A stretch of DNA of 64,000 bases from NCBI GenBank assembly GCA_016839515.1, contig JAEOUE010000254.1, forward strand, positions 20,932 through 84,931, in the 5' to 3' direction. Within the stretch, counting starts at the first letter, position 1; each line of letters opens with the position of its first letter. This document shows positions 1-10,771 of the stretch, one piece after another. The notes below the pieces were generated by a model that was not told the origin of the DNA, ran no database searches, and saw only the letters and a list, made by a program, of their open reading frames with translations. The translations under genes and the position numbers were made by a program. Source of the stretch: Candidatus Hodarchaeum mangrovi (GTDB lineage: Archaea > Asgardarchaeota > Heimdallarchaeia > Hodarchaeales > Hodarchaeaceae).

Positions 1-1514
1 GTAATTCTGTCCTGATCAATCTTTACGAAAATTGGAAAGGTTTCATCACAGGTATAGATAAATTGAGGTCCTAAAATGTCTTGATGTGGTCTTATAGCTT
101 CTTCAAGGTATTCCTTGATACTTATGATTTCGAAGTTAAGAGTAAAAATTCCACGTTCAATTTTGGTTAATTCACTTACTCCTGAGACTAATCTATTCAA
201 TCTCTCAATATTCTTTTGAATTATCTGAAAGCTTTTAGATCTTTCTTCTTCTGAGAGGGTAAATAAGCGCTTTCCTAAGAGATCGATATATCCTTTAATA
301 ATAGAGAGAGGTGTACGAAGTTCATGACTAGCTAAACTAATGAACTCAGCTCTCCGCTGTTCTAAATCTCTTCGTGCTTCTTCAGTACGTTTTTCAGCAG
401 TAATATCGCTTATTACTCCAAAAGATCCAATAATTCGATTTTCTGAATCCAATAAAGAAGAAGCTGCAACACGTGTAATCACCTCATCGCCGTTTTTATG
501 GACAAACACAAGTTCATAAGCACCAGCAGACTTTTCGTGACGTTCTTTATTTACTCTAACAAATGTACTAATTGAATCTTGAGAAATAAAGTTGATTACG
601 TTTATACCAATCATTTCATCTTGGGAGTAACCCAACATTTTCTCTATTGCAGGATTGACATAAATTGTGATGTTATTAATATCAGTAAGCCAGATTCCCT
701 CACTCATTTTAGTAATTAGTTTACGGTAACGCTCCTCACTCTCGACTAATTTATTTTCTGCAAGAATTCGCTCTGAAACATCAGATAATGTCACAACAAG
801 ATGATTAGGTTCAGTTTGAAACGCATTTACTTCAAAAACTCCTTTAATTCTTTCGTCTTTATAGGTGATAATTTGATTTCGCCATGGTTTTCCATTTGCT
901 GCCACTTTTAGAAAAGCATCATGAGCTTCTTCGCTAATTTTGGGGAACAGATCTTCAATACCTTTTCCAATATAGAGATCTGTTTCTATTCTTAAAATAT
1001 TATCAGCGGCTAAATTTGCTCCAGTGAAGATTAAAGTTTTATCATCTGGTAATAATTCGAATAATAACATTCCTAAAGGTGAGGAGGCCCAGATATTCCG
1101 GTACCGTTCTTCTGAAAGAAATAATTCAGCTTCTGCTCTCTTTTTAGCTGTTATATCTCGACTCACTCCACGGTACCCTTCAAATTTATCCTCATGAAGT
1201 ATAGGTACTGCACTTGTTTCTAATACAATTTTATCTCCATGCTTATGATTAAAATCAGCTTCAAGATTATCAATAGGTTGAGTTAATGATATATGTTTGT
1301 CAATCCTATCCATAATTGCTTTCATATTATCATGCATTAAAAAAAAACTGAATTGTTGGCCTACAATTTCTTCAGGGAGATATCCAAGGATTTTTTCTAC
1401 TTGAGGACTTGAATAAGTAAATTCCCCAATTTTATTAATTTCCCAGACCCAGTCATTGATTGTTTCAACTAATGATCGAAATCTTTCCTCAATATTTTTA
1501 GTTGTTTTAGTCAT
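1..1514 (-). CDS. Multi-PAS sensor histidine kinase, truncated by the window edge (not in ORF track)
   Basis: Manual translation from ATG at 1514 (MTKTTKNIEERFRSLVETINDWVWE). It shows three PAS/PAC repeats (EERFR/EERYR...DIT/DVS) and the HisKA H-box SHELRTPL, and stays open to position 1. Confidence 0.9.
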   Translation of the reverse strand, partial: MTKTTKNIEERFRSLVETINDWVWEINKIGEFTYSSPQVEKILGYLPEEIVGQQFSFFLMHDNMKAIMDRIDKHISLTQPIDNLEADFNHKHGDKIVLETSAVPILHEDKFEGYRGVSRDITAKKRAEAELFLSEERYRNIWASSPLGMLLFELLPDDKTLIFTGANLAADNILRIETDLYIGKGIEDLFPKISEEAHDAFLKVAANGKPWRNQIITYKDERIKGVFEVNAFQTEPNHLVVTLSDVSERILAENKLVESEERYRKLITKMSEGIWLTDINNITIYVNPAIEKMLGYSQDEMIGINVINFISQDSISTFVRVNKERHEKSAGAYELVFVHKNGDEVITRVAASSLLDSENRIIGSFGVISDITAEKRTEEARRDLEQRRAEFISLASHELRTPLSIIKGYIDLLGKRLFTLSEEERSKSFQIIQKNIERLNRLVSGVSELTKIERGIFTLNFEIISIKEYLEEAIRPHQDILGPQFIYTCDETFPIFVKIDQDRI

Positions 1515-1785
1515 AAAAATACGGTATCCTATACATATTTTCCCTGGGAATCATCTAGTATAAATTAAATTCTCCTAGTCTTATTTCTTTTTCATCATTA
1601 ATTATCATTTTCTTTGATAATTATATTTATTTACATTTTGATCTCTTATCAAAGCTATCATCGAATTATTCATTATAATAATTCTTGCAATATACTTTTG
1701 ATTGACCCTAGAATATTCTTTGTGATGATTCTAAAAAATCCAATCAATTTTCAGGAGATCAACCTTTCAAAATGATAATCAAGTG

Positions 1786-3027
1786 TTATTTTGAAATTAT
1801 TTCAAGTAGAGCTTCAATTCGAGTCATTGCTTGTTCCTCAGAGAAACTCCTTGCATCACACATATCTCCTTCAATTAAAGTCCCTGGTATCCCTGTTAAT
1901 TCAGTAACCTCTCTTTTAGTTACTGGTTGACCAAGTGAATATCGCTTACATGATCTCATACTATGATAAAGTATCCCATCACAGGAATAATCTTTAGCAA
2001 GTGAACTGATAAGATCAATTTTATGCTGAAGGGTTTTATTTAAGTATATATTTGAATACATAATCGCCACATCTTTCAATAATTCACCAGTCTCTTGAAA
2101 TTCCATAGACCATGCATGTGTATAAGTATCCACTGGGAATACTACTCCTTTCTCAGCTAAAGTATTAAAAAAATCATATAAATTAAACCAGATAGGGATA
2201 TTATCGAATAAGAGTCTATATCGCTCCTCCACAGTGATAGCACCGAGATTCTGATTAATTCGATCTTTAATTTCTTCCAATGCATTCTCGTACAAGGCTA
2301 TAATCTCAAATGTTCCTCTTTGAGACACTATGGGAGCCATAAGAAGAAAACGATCGGCACAATTTAAAGGACTAGGTTTTTTCTTCCCTTGAACAAGAAT
2401 TTCACTCCATAGCTCGATTCCTCTTTTAGAATTTTGCATAACTTCAGTAAGCTTTTCTTCATCGAATTTTTTATTAACCTGATTCTCTATAAACTTCATA
2501 TATTCATCTAATTGAACCATAATATATTCTAAATAGTGTGAGGGAATTTCATCACTATTTAGTGGAGGGGTGTCAAATAAAAAAAGTGGAACATTAAAAA
2601 TACGTGATAGTTCTTGATACCATTTTAAAACAGTGCCACAAATATTATTCCCAGCAACTAAAAAGTCTGGTTTTGCTAATCCACCTGTTCCATCTATTTC
2701 ATGAAGAGGTGTAGGAGGAAGTGTAGAAAAAATGCTACCAAATGATGTTCTAGCATAAGCACAAAGATCAGCTGAAAAACCATGTTTTTCTGCAACTTGA
2801 CATAATCGAGTTGAATCCTTAGCTGCTCCTGCTATCGCTCCATACTGTTCAGGATATAAAGGTAGGATATCCATAGCATAGAGAAATTCAACTGGTGCTC
2901 CTGAGGTAATCCAAGCAATTTTTTTTATTTCATAAGGGTTTTTTGACTGTAAATAATAAAGCGCTTGATTATTCTTAACTTCTTGTAAACAATTTAATCG
3001 ACGATACACAGGTTCTTTTTCTGGCAT
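1786..3027 (-). CDS. 2-hydroxyacyl-CoA dehydratase / benzoyl-CoA reductase-type subunit (HgdA/BcrB-like)
   Basis: PEQY, DLCAY, NNICG, RSCK and EGDMCD motifs with three Fe-S cysteines. The ATG at 3027 (MPEKEP) avoids overlap with the upstream gene. Confidence 0.85.
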   Translation of the reverse strand: MPEKEPVYRRLNCLQEVKNNQALYYLQSKNPYEIKKIAWITSGAPVEFLYAMDILPLYPEQYGAIAGAAKDSTRLCQVAEKHGFSADLCAYARTSFGSIFSTLPPTPLHEIDGTGGLAKPDFLVAGNNICGTVLKWYQELSRIFNVPLFLFDTPPLNSDEIPSHYLEYIMVQLDEYMKFIENQVNKKFDEEKLTEVMQNSKRGIELWSEILVQGKKKPSPLNCADRFLLMAPIVSQRGTFEIIALYENALEEIKDRINQNLGAITVEERYRLLFDNIPIWFNLYDFFNTLAEKGVVFPVDTYTHAWSMEFQETGELLKDVAIMYSNIYLNKTLQHKIDLISSLAKDYSCDGILYHSMRSCKRYSLGQPVTKREVTELTGIPGTLIEGDMCDARSFSEEQAMTRIEALLEIISK

Positions 3028-3037
3028 TAAATACACC

Positions 3038-4156
3038 TTAAGATAATAATTCAAGAAAAGCAGCTAATCTAGTGTGAATCTGTTCACGATTTGAAAGATC
3101 TGGAGTGGTTTCAATTATTAAAGAAGGAATTTCTATCTCTCTAAGCTTATTTTGGAGATGTACAAATTCAAAAGCTTCTGGATCACACCATTTTGTATTT
3201 AGAAGAATCACTCCATCAATCTGATTGTCTTTAATTAATTTCTTCAGATACTCCATTCTTTTATGCATGTCTAATGCTGTTGGATCAGGAATTCTTTCCA
3301 TATATGCTTGAGTTAATCCTTCTAAGAATTTTCCAGTAGGAACAACAAAATTGAAGTTTCTGGTCCCAAAACTAAGATCATCTGCTACAATATGATTGAA
3401 ACCTTGAATTTTCCAAATATCAAAATTATCAACTCCCATTCCTCCAGTAACTAATAATCGTGGAGATTTGGGAATTTTTGATGAATCTATGTCTCTCAAG
3501 CTCTGTAGATATTCTTCTAAAAGACTTAAAACTTCTTCAATTGGTAAAATATCACCTAAATAAAGTAATTTTGCCATATCAAGATACAAAATTTCTCTTT
3601 GTGAAACTAATGATGCCAGTTTTTGAAAATATACCCTTCTTTGGTTATATAACTTTATACTTTCAACTAGCTTGAGCTCATGTTGTGAATCTACAAATTT
3701 TGAATGTAGTGAATTGATTAGATTTTCAAATTCAGTTTGAAGGTAACTTCTAGCTGCCTTAGTAGATGTTAAAACTGGAAAGGTTAGATTATATATCCAT
3801 TGTTTTGGAAAAACTTTTCTCCAGAGATCTGAAACGTTCTGTAATGAATCGCACGTACCTGCTGAGAAAATAATACCATCTAATGTCCTAAAACCACCAT
3901 TTAATGCTAGATCCATAATTTGACGAAGCCAAGAACATCCAAAAGCTTGTATATATTGCTCTGATGCACCAGTCTTTGTGATTCCCATTGACACAATTCT
4001 TATAGGATGTAACCCTAAAGCATGGATTATTTCTACTGGAACACGGTTAGTAAAATAACCAATGAGTTTTTTTCCATCAGTCTCTAATCTTTCCAAAGCT
4101 TCTGTATAATTATTATAAAGGATGGAATGTTTTTCTCCATTTATCATTTGTATCAC
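3038..4156 (-). CDS. 2-hydroxyacyl-CoA dehydratase / benzoyl-CoA reductase-type subunit (HgdB/BcrC-like)
   Basis: VPVEIIHA, FGCS, TCDS, KWCDP and TRLAAFLE motifs. Confidence 0.85.
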   Translation of the reverse strand: MIQMINGEKHSILYNNYTEALERLETDGKKLIGYFTNRVPVEIIHALGLHPIRIVSMGITKTGASEQYIQAFGCSWLRQIMDLALNGGFRTLDGIIFSAGTCDSLQNVSDLWRKVFPKQWIYNLTFPVLTSTKAARSYLQTEFENLINSLHSKFVDSQHELKLVESIKLYNQRRVYFQKLASLVSQREILYLDMAKLLYLGDILPIEEVLSLLEEYLQSLRDIDSSKIPKSPRLLVTGGMGVDNFDIWKIQGFNHIVADDLSFGTRNFNFVVPTGKFLEGLTQAYMERIPDPTALDMHKRMEYLKKLIKDNQIDGVILLNTKWCDPEAFEFVHLQNKLREIEIPSLIIETTPDLSNREQIHTRLAAFLELLS

Positions 4157-4953
4157 TATTTTATCGATAATCCACCATCTAATACTAAATATTGACCAGT
4201 TATTCCAGCAGAGGCTTCACTTGCTAGATAACAAATTGCTGCTTTAAGATCAGAGGGATTAATAAATCTTTGAAGAGGGATCGTCTCAAGTAAAGCTTCT
4301 CTTACAGGACTTCCTTCGACTGTGAACATCTGAGACATTGAATCAATTCCTTCAAAGAAGCTTGGAACTATGCTATTTACTCGAATCTGTGGAGCCCATT
4401 CTACTGCTAATTGCCGTGTTAATCCCAATAATGCAGCTTTACTTGCTGTATAACCTATTTGAGGGATTATTGCTGTCCCTTGTAACGCGAGAAGAGAACT
4501 TATTAAAATGATCTTTCCACCATTTGGATTAGGTTTGATTAATTCACGAGAAAAATCACGAATGATCAAAAAACTTCCAGTAAGATTGGTATCAATGACC
4601 TTAGACCATGTTTGCAGTGTTTGTTCATTTGTTGGTGCAGCCCATGTTACACCCGCGTTACATATCAAAATATCCAAATATTTAATAATATTTTTGAGTT
4701 CTTTAACAATTTGTTTAACCTGTTCTTCAATACTTATGTCACAAGTAAATCCTTTTATCTTAGCATCGGGAAACTTCTCTTTCAATCGTTTTTCTTCATC
4801 CTCAATTGATCCATGACGCCCTCTTCCACAAAAGAATATTGAACTTACTCCTGCTTCCAATAAACCTTCATTAATACTTCTTCCTAGACCTTTAGCACCT
4901 CCTGTCACAAAAGCAGTCTTTCCTGATAAACTAAATAAATCTAAAACCTTCAT
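4156..4953 (-). CDS. Short-chain dehydrogenase/reductase (SDR)
   Basis: TGGAKGLG, CNAG, YTASK, DGG. Confidence 0.9.
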   Translation of the reverse strand: MKVLDLFSLSGKTAFVTGGAKGLGRSINEGLLEAGVSSIFFCGRGRHGSIEDEEKRLKEKFPDAKIKGFTCDISIEEQVKQIVKELKNIIKYLDILICNAGVTWAAPTNEQTLQTWSKVIDTNLTGSFLIIRDFSRELIKPNPNGGKIILISSLLALQGTAIIPQIGYTASKAALLGLTRQLAVEWAPQIRVNSIVPSFFEGIDSMSQMFTVEGSPVREALLETIPLQRFINPSDLKAAICYLASEASAGITGQYLVLDGGLSIK

Positions 4954-5732
4954 TGACTCATCAATCCTCCATCGACAGGAATTACCACCCCTGTAATATA
5001 GGATGAAGCATTACTTGCTAAAAATACAACGACTCCTTTAAGCTCCCATTGTTCTCCCAATCTACCCATAGGATTTTGATTTTCAAGTGTTTTTCTCATG
5101 GGGCTTTCCTTGTCTGTAAAATACCGTGACATATAAGAGGGAAACCAAGATGGTGCAATAGCATTCACCCGAATTCCATTAGAAGCATATTCAATGGCTA
5201 GTTGTTTAGTTATTCCAATAACTCCAGCTTTTGATGAATTATATGCTACAACACCATATTCTCCTCCTTTATAACCAGCAACACTAGATATATTAATAAT
5301 AGAGCCACCTAATCCACGTGGTAACATAAGACTTGTTATCACTTCACGACACATTAAAAAAGTCCCAGTCAAGTTAATATCAATGACCATTTTCCATTTT
5401 TCCAAGGATAAACTTTCACTAGGATGTCCCCAAGAAACTCCAGCATTATTTACAAGAATATCAATATTTATTGACATTTCAGTTAGGGATTTTACTAATT
5501 TTTGTACATTTTCTTCATTACTTACATCGCAATTTAAAGCAATAACCTCAGGTCCTATTTGGGCAAGCTTGTTTGAAGCAGCTTCTAAAGACCCATGACG
5601 ACCTCTTCCACAAATTATTACTTTAGCTCCTGCTTCCAATAAACCTTCAGCCATTGAATATCCTATCCCAGAGGCACCCCCAGTCACTAATCCAGTTTTA
5701 TCGTTCAAAGAAAACAGTTGAGATATATTCAT
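4950..5732 (-). CDS. Short-chain dehydrogenase/reductase (SDR), paralog of the adjacent gene
   Basis: TGGASGIG, NNAG, YNSSK, VDGG. Confidence 0.9.
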   Translation of the reverse strand: MNISQLFSLNDKTGLVTGGASGIGYSMAEGLLEAGAKVIICGRGRHGSLEAASNKLAQIGPEVIALNCDVSNEENVQKLVKSLTEMSINIDILVNNAGVSWGHPSESLSLEKWKMVIDINLTGTFLMCREVITSLMLPRGLGGSIINISSVAGYKGGEYGVVAYNSSKAGVIGITKQLAIEYASNGIRVNAIAPSWFPSYMSRYFTDKESPMRKTLENQNPMGRLGEQWELKGVVVFLASNASSYITGVVIPVDGGLMSQ

Positions 5733-5868
5733 GAATTATCTTCTTCCTTATCAGATAGCAAATAATTATTACAAGAGATTTTAAATCACTTATGGACAGT
5801 TGAATTTTATACTAAATAATAGTCTTATTTGAATTAGAGAGAATTTATTCAATTCCTCTATACATGTT

Positions 5869-6966
5869 TTATCTGTAAGGTTTTTGAAAATTTAATAAAA
5901 GTTTACCCCAGATTCTCATTACTCTTTCATCCCTATTTAAATCTGTTAGCGTTTCATCATCCCCTACAAACGTATCTAGTAGCATAGCAGCACTCAAAGT
6001 GTTTAGTCGTGATTCATGATACTGAAGAAGCTCTTCTATTAAGAGTTTTTTTATTCCAGGAGACATATCTTTTAATATAGCAAATGGGGTCGAAAGAAAT
6101 TTACGCTGAAAATCTTTGACAAGAAGTAAATCTGAAGTAAACCCAGTATCAATAGCCATAAAGTAATTTTTTCCAAAAATAAATCGCAATTTATGAATAT
6201 AGGTCGTACCAAATGAAATATATTTGGGCTTTGAATCAAATAATGACTGAATGAATCCAACAATCGCGGAGAAAAATCCAGCCCAAATACCCTGATTTGT
6301 CAAGTTATAAGAAAAAGGAATTTCAAAACCATCAAGATTCGCAATTATTGCCCATCCCTGTGTCTGAATTAGGCTAGTGCGTTCTGCATGCTTTCTTAGA
6401 TAATAATGAAGAAGTAATAATTCCTGAAAAGATAAAATACTAAAATTACTACCCGCAATACCAACTATATTGTCTAAAAGATTGTTATCTAGATATCTCT
6501 CATTAATATCAAGAATAATGTCTCTAAAGTGTTGTTCTATTGCCTCTTTGGTTTCTTTATCAGCATCAGTTACTAGATTGCTATATAAAATGGAAGCCTG
6601 ACCAACCATCACAGCTCTCATAATTTGTTTGATATCTTCAGGGAGGCCTCCTTCAGCATCAATCAATAATAATGTAACTGCGGGATCTGATATAATTAGA
6701 AAAAATTTTTCTTCCAAGGAGACAATGAAGATTTCAGAGGATTTTAATCCTGAATGAGCTGGTCGGTCAAAATTAATTGATGCAATACCTTCAGTTCCAA
6801 AAAGTTCTTTTCCTAATTTTCCCAATCCCATCAAAAAATTTGAAACGACCTCTAAAAACTCATGACTAGGATTTCCATAAGACCATTTTACTTCTGTTCC
6901 TTCAATAAATAAAGCCCAGTGTTCTTGAACCCTCGCAGTTACTCTTTGCATTTCCTCACAGCTCAT
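5869..6966 (-). CDS. Hypothetical protein with two longin-like domains
   Basis: Two beta-beta-helix-beta-beta-beta segments: WALFIEG...VVSNFLMGLGKLGKELFG and WAIIANLDG...WAGFFSAIVGFIQSLFD. Confidence 0.55.
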   Translation of the reverse strand: MSCEEMQRVTARVQEHWALFIEGTEVKWSYGNPSHEFLEVVSNFLMGLGKLGKELFGTEGIASINFDRPAHSGLKSSEIFIVSLEEKFFLIISDPAVTLLLIDAEGGLPEDIKQIMRAVMVGQASILYSNLVTDADKETKEAIEQHFRDIILDINERYLDNNLLDNIVGIAGSNFSILSFQELLLLHYYLRKHAERTSLIQTQGWAIIANLDGFEIPFSYNLTNQGIWAGFFSAIVGFIQSLFDSKPKYISFGTTYIHKLRFIFGKNYFMAIDTGFTSDLLLVKDFQRKFLSTPFAILKDMSPGIKKLLIEELLQYHESRLNTLSAAMLLDTFVGDDETLTDLNRDERVMRIWGKLLLNFQKPYR

Positions 6967-7217
6967 TGTTCTTTCTTAATTCATTTATTTTTTTTGAAAG
7001 CGTGTCTAATTTGAAAGATATTGAAATTAACATTTCTTAAATTAACTCGAAACCTTTTCGTATTAAATAATTTCAGGAAATTTAGAATGACTTCTTCCCT
7101 TTAAAATTTATACATATTAACTAAAGAAAATATAAAGTAAATATAGGAGTTGATGCAAGTTATTACTATTAAAAGCTTTTTGACAAACTAAAAAAGGGGG
7201 ACAGATAGAAGATCTCC

Positions 7218-8645
7218 TTAAAAAGATGGTTGAGGAATCTTTCTACGAGCACCTCTTTTCTCAAGATCTACGATCACTTGACTAAATTCTCCTTTAAGTT
7301 CAGCTGGAAGTCGAGAAGGATGTTTAAATCCTGATTCACGATCTAAAGCATATGCGTATAAGAAAGTTTTGAAAGCAGTTCCCATAGGATAAGTTACAAT
7401 AGACATAGGAATTGTTGAAAATATAATAGCAACTATTCCGATAACAAATGCACCTTCTACTGTGGAAAAGACTAAATATCCTACATAGGCTCCAGTGGCG
7501 CCCCATAACACAAAATTAATGATGTTAAAAAAGAACATTGCTAATCCAAAACCTGTTTCGCCAACCATGAGATCCAACCAATTATTCCAAACAATTTTAG
7601 CTGAATCGCGAATTGAATCTCTTACACCCTTCTTTTTAACTACAATTGCAGGTAGTGTGAAGTAAGTAAAGAATCTATATAGACCTATAATTATACTTAC
7701 TATTACTGATGTAATTAGAAATAAAAAGACTGTAAATATCTGTTCATTCCGTCTTTTTCCTGTAGTAGTAGCTGATCGCCGTGCTCCACGTCCAAGGACT
7801 CTCGTAATCATTTCTAAAGTTGCCCTGATGATACCAAACCAAAGTAAAGGAGATAAAACCTGTCGTACATCATTCCATGCAGTTTTTAAACTGGGATCTT
7901 CTTTTCGATACCAATCAAATGCGTAAGAAACAATAAATCCACCAATGATATAATATAACCCAAAATAAACTATTAAATAAATATATTCAATAAAAAGACC
8001 TACAAATGAACCTAATTCAGATAATTCTACTGATCCCTCAGTAAATACTCCCCAACTATCATATATTTCTAGAAAACTGAAACCCATAATCATCCCAGCA
8101 AATATTGTAAAGAGAGCGACTATAATAGGAGCAATCAACAATGCTTTTTCTTCAAGAACTAAGCGAGCAGCAAACTCAACAAATTTTCCAGCTCTTCGCA
8201 ATCTACGTTGGTTCCATATAGCAAATAATAAAAGGAGAACCCCAAAAATGAGAACTACATAACCAACAAGAGCAATGGGAGCTAATAAAGAAATAATTAT
8301 TCCAATCCATATCATTACCCCAGGAATTAGAAATGACATGAATAATACAACAGGAGTAGCTAAATGACGCATTAATTGTAGTATAATCCATCCTAAAATA
8401 AGACACAATACAAAAAAAATCACTAATGCCAATAGTAGGTATGGTATACCTTGTGAAAGAAAAGGAATAATAGTTCCTAGTACTATTAAGATTGAATCAA
8501 ATTCTGCAGGATATTTAATGATTATAAGATCATAAATGGAATAGATTCCAAATCCATAAAGAACTAGTACCAAAAGCAGAAATAAAAATAGAGAAAACTT
8601 TCCATGATTTGCAGTTTTAGTTTTTGACATAATTTTGAACCTCAT
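7218..8645 (-). CDS. Polytopic membrane protein, choline transporter-like (CTL/SLC44/Pns1) or DUF6159-like
   Basis: About 10 TM segments. RLRRAGKFVEFAARLV and FFTYFTLPAIVVKKKGVRDSIRDS match the layout of CTL-family motifs. Confidence 0.55.
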   Translation of the reverse strand: MRFKIMSKTKTANHGKFSLFLFLLLVLVLYGFGIYSIYDLIIIKYPAEFDSILIVLGTIIPFLSQGIPYLLLALVIFFVLCLILGWIILQLMRHLATPVVLFMSFLIPGVMIWIGIIISLLAPIALVGYVVLIFGVLLLLFAIWNQRRLRRAGKFVEFAARLVLEEKALLIAPIIVALFTIFAGMIMGFSFLEIYDSWGVFTEGSVELSELGSFVGLFIEYIYLIVYFGLYYIIGGFIVSYAFDWYRKEDPSLKTAWNDVRQVLSPLLWFGIIRATLEMITRVLGRGARRSATTTGKRRNEQIFTVFLFLITSVIVSIIIGLYRFFTYFTLPAIVVKKKGVRDSIRDSAKIVWNNWLDLMVGETGFGLAMFFFNIINFVLWGATGAYVGYLVFSTVEGAFVIGIVAIIFSTIPMSIVTYPMGTAFKTFLYAYALDRESGFKHPSRLPAELKGEFSQVIVDLEKRGARRKIPQPSF

Positions 8646-8772
8646 CCTCTATTATTTATTGGTCTTTTTATGTTGTTTCGCATCAAAGAGAATTTAAGCT
8701 GTTAAAGGTGAATTTTCATAATAAGCATTTAATCAAATACTCCATCAAATTTTTAATCTGTTGGTTCATTCA

Positions 8773-9594
8773 ATGGCTAATACAATTGAAATAATTTTTT
8801 TAGGTGCAATGGCCTCTTTAGGAGCTGGCTTAGCAACAACGATTGGAGCTACTCCCGTATTATCTGGTAGAGAAGTTTCTGATAAGAATCTAGACATCAT
8901 GCTAGGGTTTGCAGCAGGAGTAATGTTAGCAGCTTCAGCTTTTAGTTTATTAGTTCCTGCTCTGAATATGAATCCAGTATTCACAGTATGGGAGCTAGAA
9001 CCTGTGGTTTTAACAGTTTTAGGATTCTTTATGGGAGCATTTTTCATACATATAATCGATCGTTGGGCTCCTCATCAACATTTTATCCACGGACCAGATA
9101 AATCTGTTGTATCTATTAAAGAAGGATCAAAAAAGATGTCTAAGAGATTAGCAGCAACTTGGTTATTTGTCATAGCGATTACTATTCATAATTTTCCAGA
9201 GGGTTTAGCAGTAGGAGTGGCATTTGGTGCAGAAAATATCTCCACTGGTTTTATAGTAGCATTAGCTATTGGATTACAAAATATACCTGAAGGAACCGCA
9301 GTAGCTTTACCTCTTCTACGTGAAGGATATTCTAAATTCGATGTTATTAAGATAACATTAGCTACAGGATTAGTGGAACCACTTGGAGGTCTCCTAGGTG
9401 TAGCTGCTGTTTCTTTTGTTGGTGGTATTTTGGGTTTTGGGATGGCTTTTGCTGCAGGAGCGATGATATTTGTTGTTTCAGATGAAATAATACCTGAAAG
9501 TCATAGAAAAGGGCATGAACGTGCTGCTACATTTGGGGTTATATTAGGCTTTATCATAATGATGTTTTTAGACAATTTCATTGTCGGAGCATAA
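8773..9594 (+). CDS. ZIP family metal transporter (GufA/ZupT type)
   Basis: GFAAGVML, HNFPEG, QNIPEG, EIIPE and a His-containing loop. Confidence 0.92.
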   Translation: MANTIEIIFLGAMASLGAGLATTIGATPVLSGREVSDKNLDIMLGFAAGVMLAASAFSLLVPALNMNPVFTVWELEPVVLTVLGFFMGAFFIHIIDRWAPHQHFIHGPDKSVVSIKEGSKKMSKRLAATWLFVIAITIHNFPEGLAVGVAFGAENISTGFIVALAIGLQNIPEGTAVALPLLREGYSKFDVIKITLATGLVEPLGGLLGVAAVSFVGGILGFGMAFAAGAMIFVVSDEIIPESHRKGHERAATFGVILGFIIMMFLDNFIVGA

Positions 9595-9814
9595 AACTAC
9601 CAATAGAAAATAAAATTGATTATTGAATGTTATAGAATAATTCAAAAATAGCATTAGGTGTAAAAAGTCTAGGATTATTTTTCAACCTCTCTAAATTGAT
9701 ACTTTGTTCTATTATTTCCCAGTGATTTTTTAAATTTATATTTAATTCACTGAGCTTTGTTTTAAGATTTAGATCTTTCAGTTTCCAACATAATCAAGGA
9801 GAATTATCAGCTCG

Positions 9815-10771
9815 ATGCAAGCATTTTACAATAGAATTGTGACATTTATTGTTTTAAACAGATTATTAATAGGTGTTCTCTTTGGAGTACCCTTTATGCT
9901 ATTTGGTTTTTTCACAGAATTAGCTATAATGGGATGGGAAGGGTCAGTATTAGCGGATTCTTGGATACGCTTATTATCAGCCCTTGGAGTATCCGTGTTT
10001 CTACTACCGTATATTTGGATGAGTAATGATTACTATGATGCACCCTTTGATCGACTTGATGAAAAAAAACGAGAACTTAATTATTTCTGTAAAACAAATA
10101 TCCAGAAAAAACCGATATTGGCTTTTTCATTACTTTTAACACCAATTATCATAAGTTTGGTTTTTAGTTTCATAAATGGAATTGAAAGTGTTTTTTTATG
10201 GGGTATTATTCTAATAGTAGGCCATTTTTACAATGCCCCTCCTATTAGATTTAAAGAGCGTCTCTTTTTTGATTTCTTCACCCATGGATTATATGCATCA
10301 GGACTATTTTTTCTCTTAGGAGGAGTTGTTTTAACCTCGATTTCCCAATTACTTCAGCAACCGATTTTTTTACTTTTATTCGTTTTTTCAATAATAGATG
10401 GATCTTGGATTCAATTTAGTGCACAGCTAAAGGATTATGAAATTGATAAAATTGGCAAACAAAAGACAACTAGCATTTTAATTGGTAAAAACTCAAGTCT
10501 CATTCTTCTACAAGGTTTAGTATGCAGTATGCTTCTCATACTACCATTATATTTGATTATCAATACTACTTTGAGAAAATTTTTTCCAGATTATCTAATC
10601 TTATTTGCGTTAATTATTTCAATTATTTCTATAATACTCTATATAAAACAGTTATACATGGTACGAGAAGATTTTATGAAGATACGCAAAATGTCTGGAT
10701 GGGTAAGAAGACATTTTGTGTATAGTTTTGGAATCATTGCTGTACTGTTCATTAATTGCCCTTTTGGGTGA
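9815..10771 (+). CDS. UbiA-family prenyltransferase
   Basis: NDYYDAPFD, YNAPPIRFKE, QLKDYEID and multiple TM helices. Confidence 0.85.
   Translation: MQAFYNRIVTFIVLNRLLIGVLFGVPFMLFGFFTELAIMGWEGSVLADSWIRLLSALGVSVFLLPYIWMSNDYYDAPFDRLDEKKRELNYFCKTNIQKKPILAFSLLLTPIIISLVFSFINGIESVFLWGIILIVGHFYNAPPIRFKERLFFDFFTHGLYASGLFFLLGGVVLTSISQLLQQPIFLLLFVFSIIDGSWIQFSAQLKDYEIDKIGKQKTTSILIGKNSSLILLQGLVCSMLLILPLYLIINTTLRKFFPDYLILFALIISIISIILYIKQLYMVREDFMKIRKMSGWVRRHFVYSFGIIAVLFINCPFG

Noticed and set aside
3460-5598. Short plus-strand ORFs (3460, 4508, 4612, 5383)
   Set aside because: Antisense shadows of well-supported dehydratase and SDR genes.
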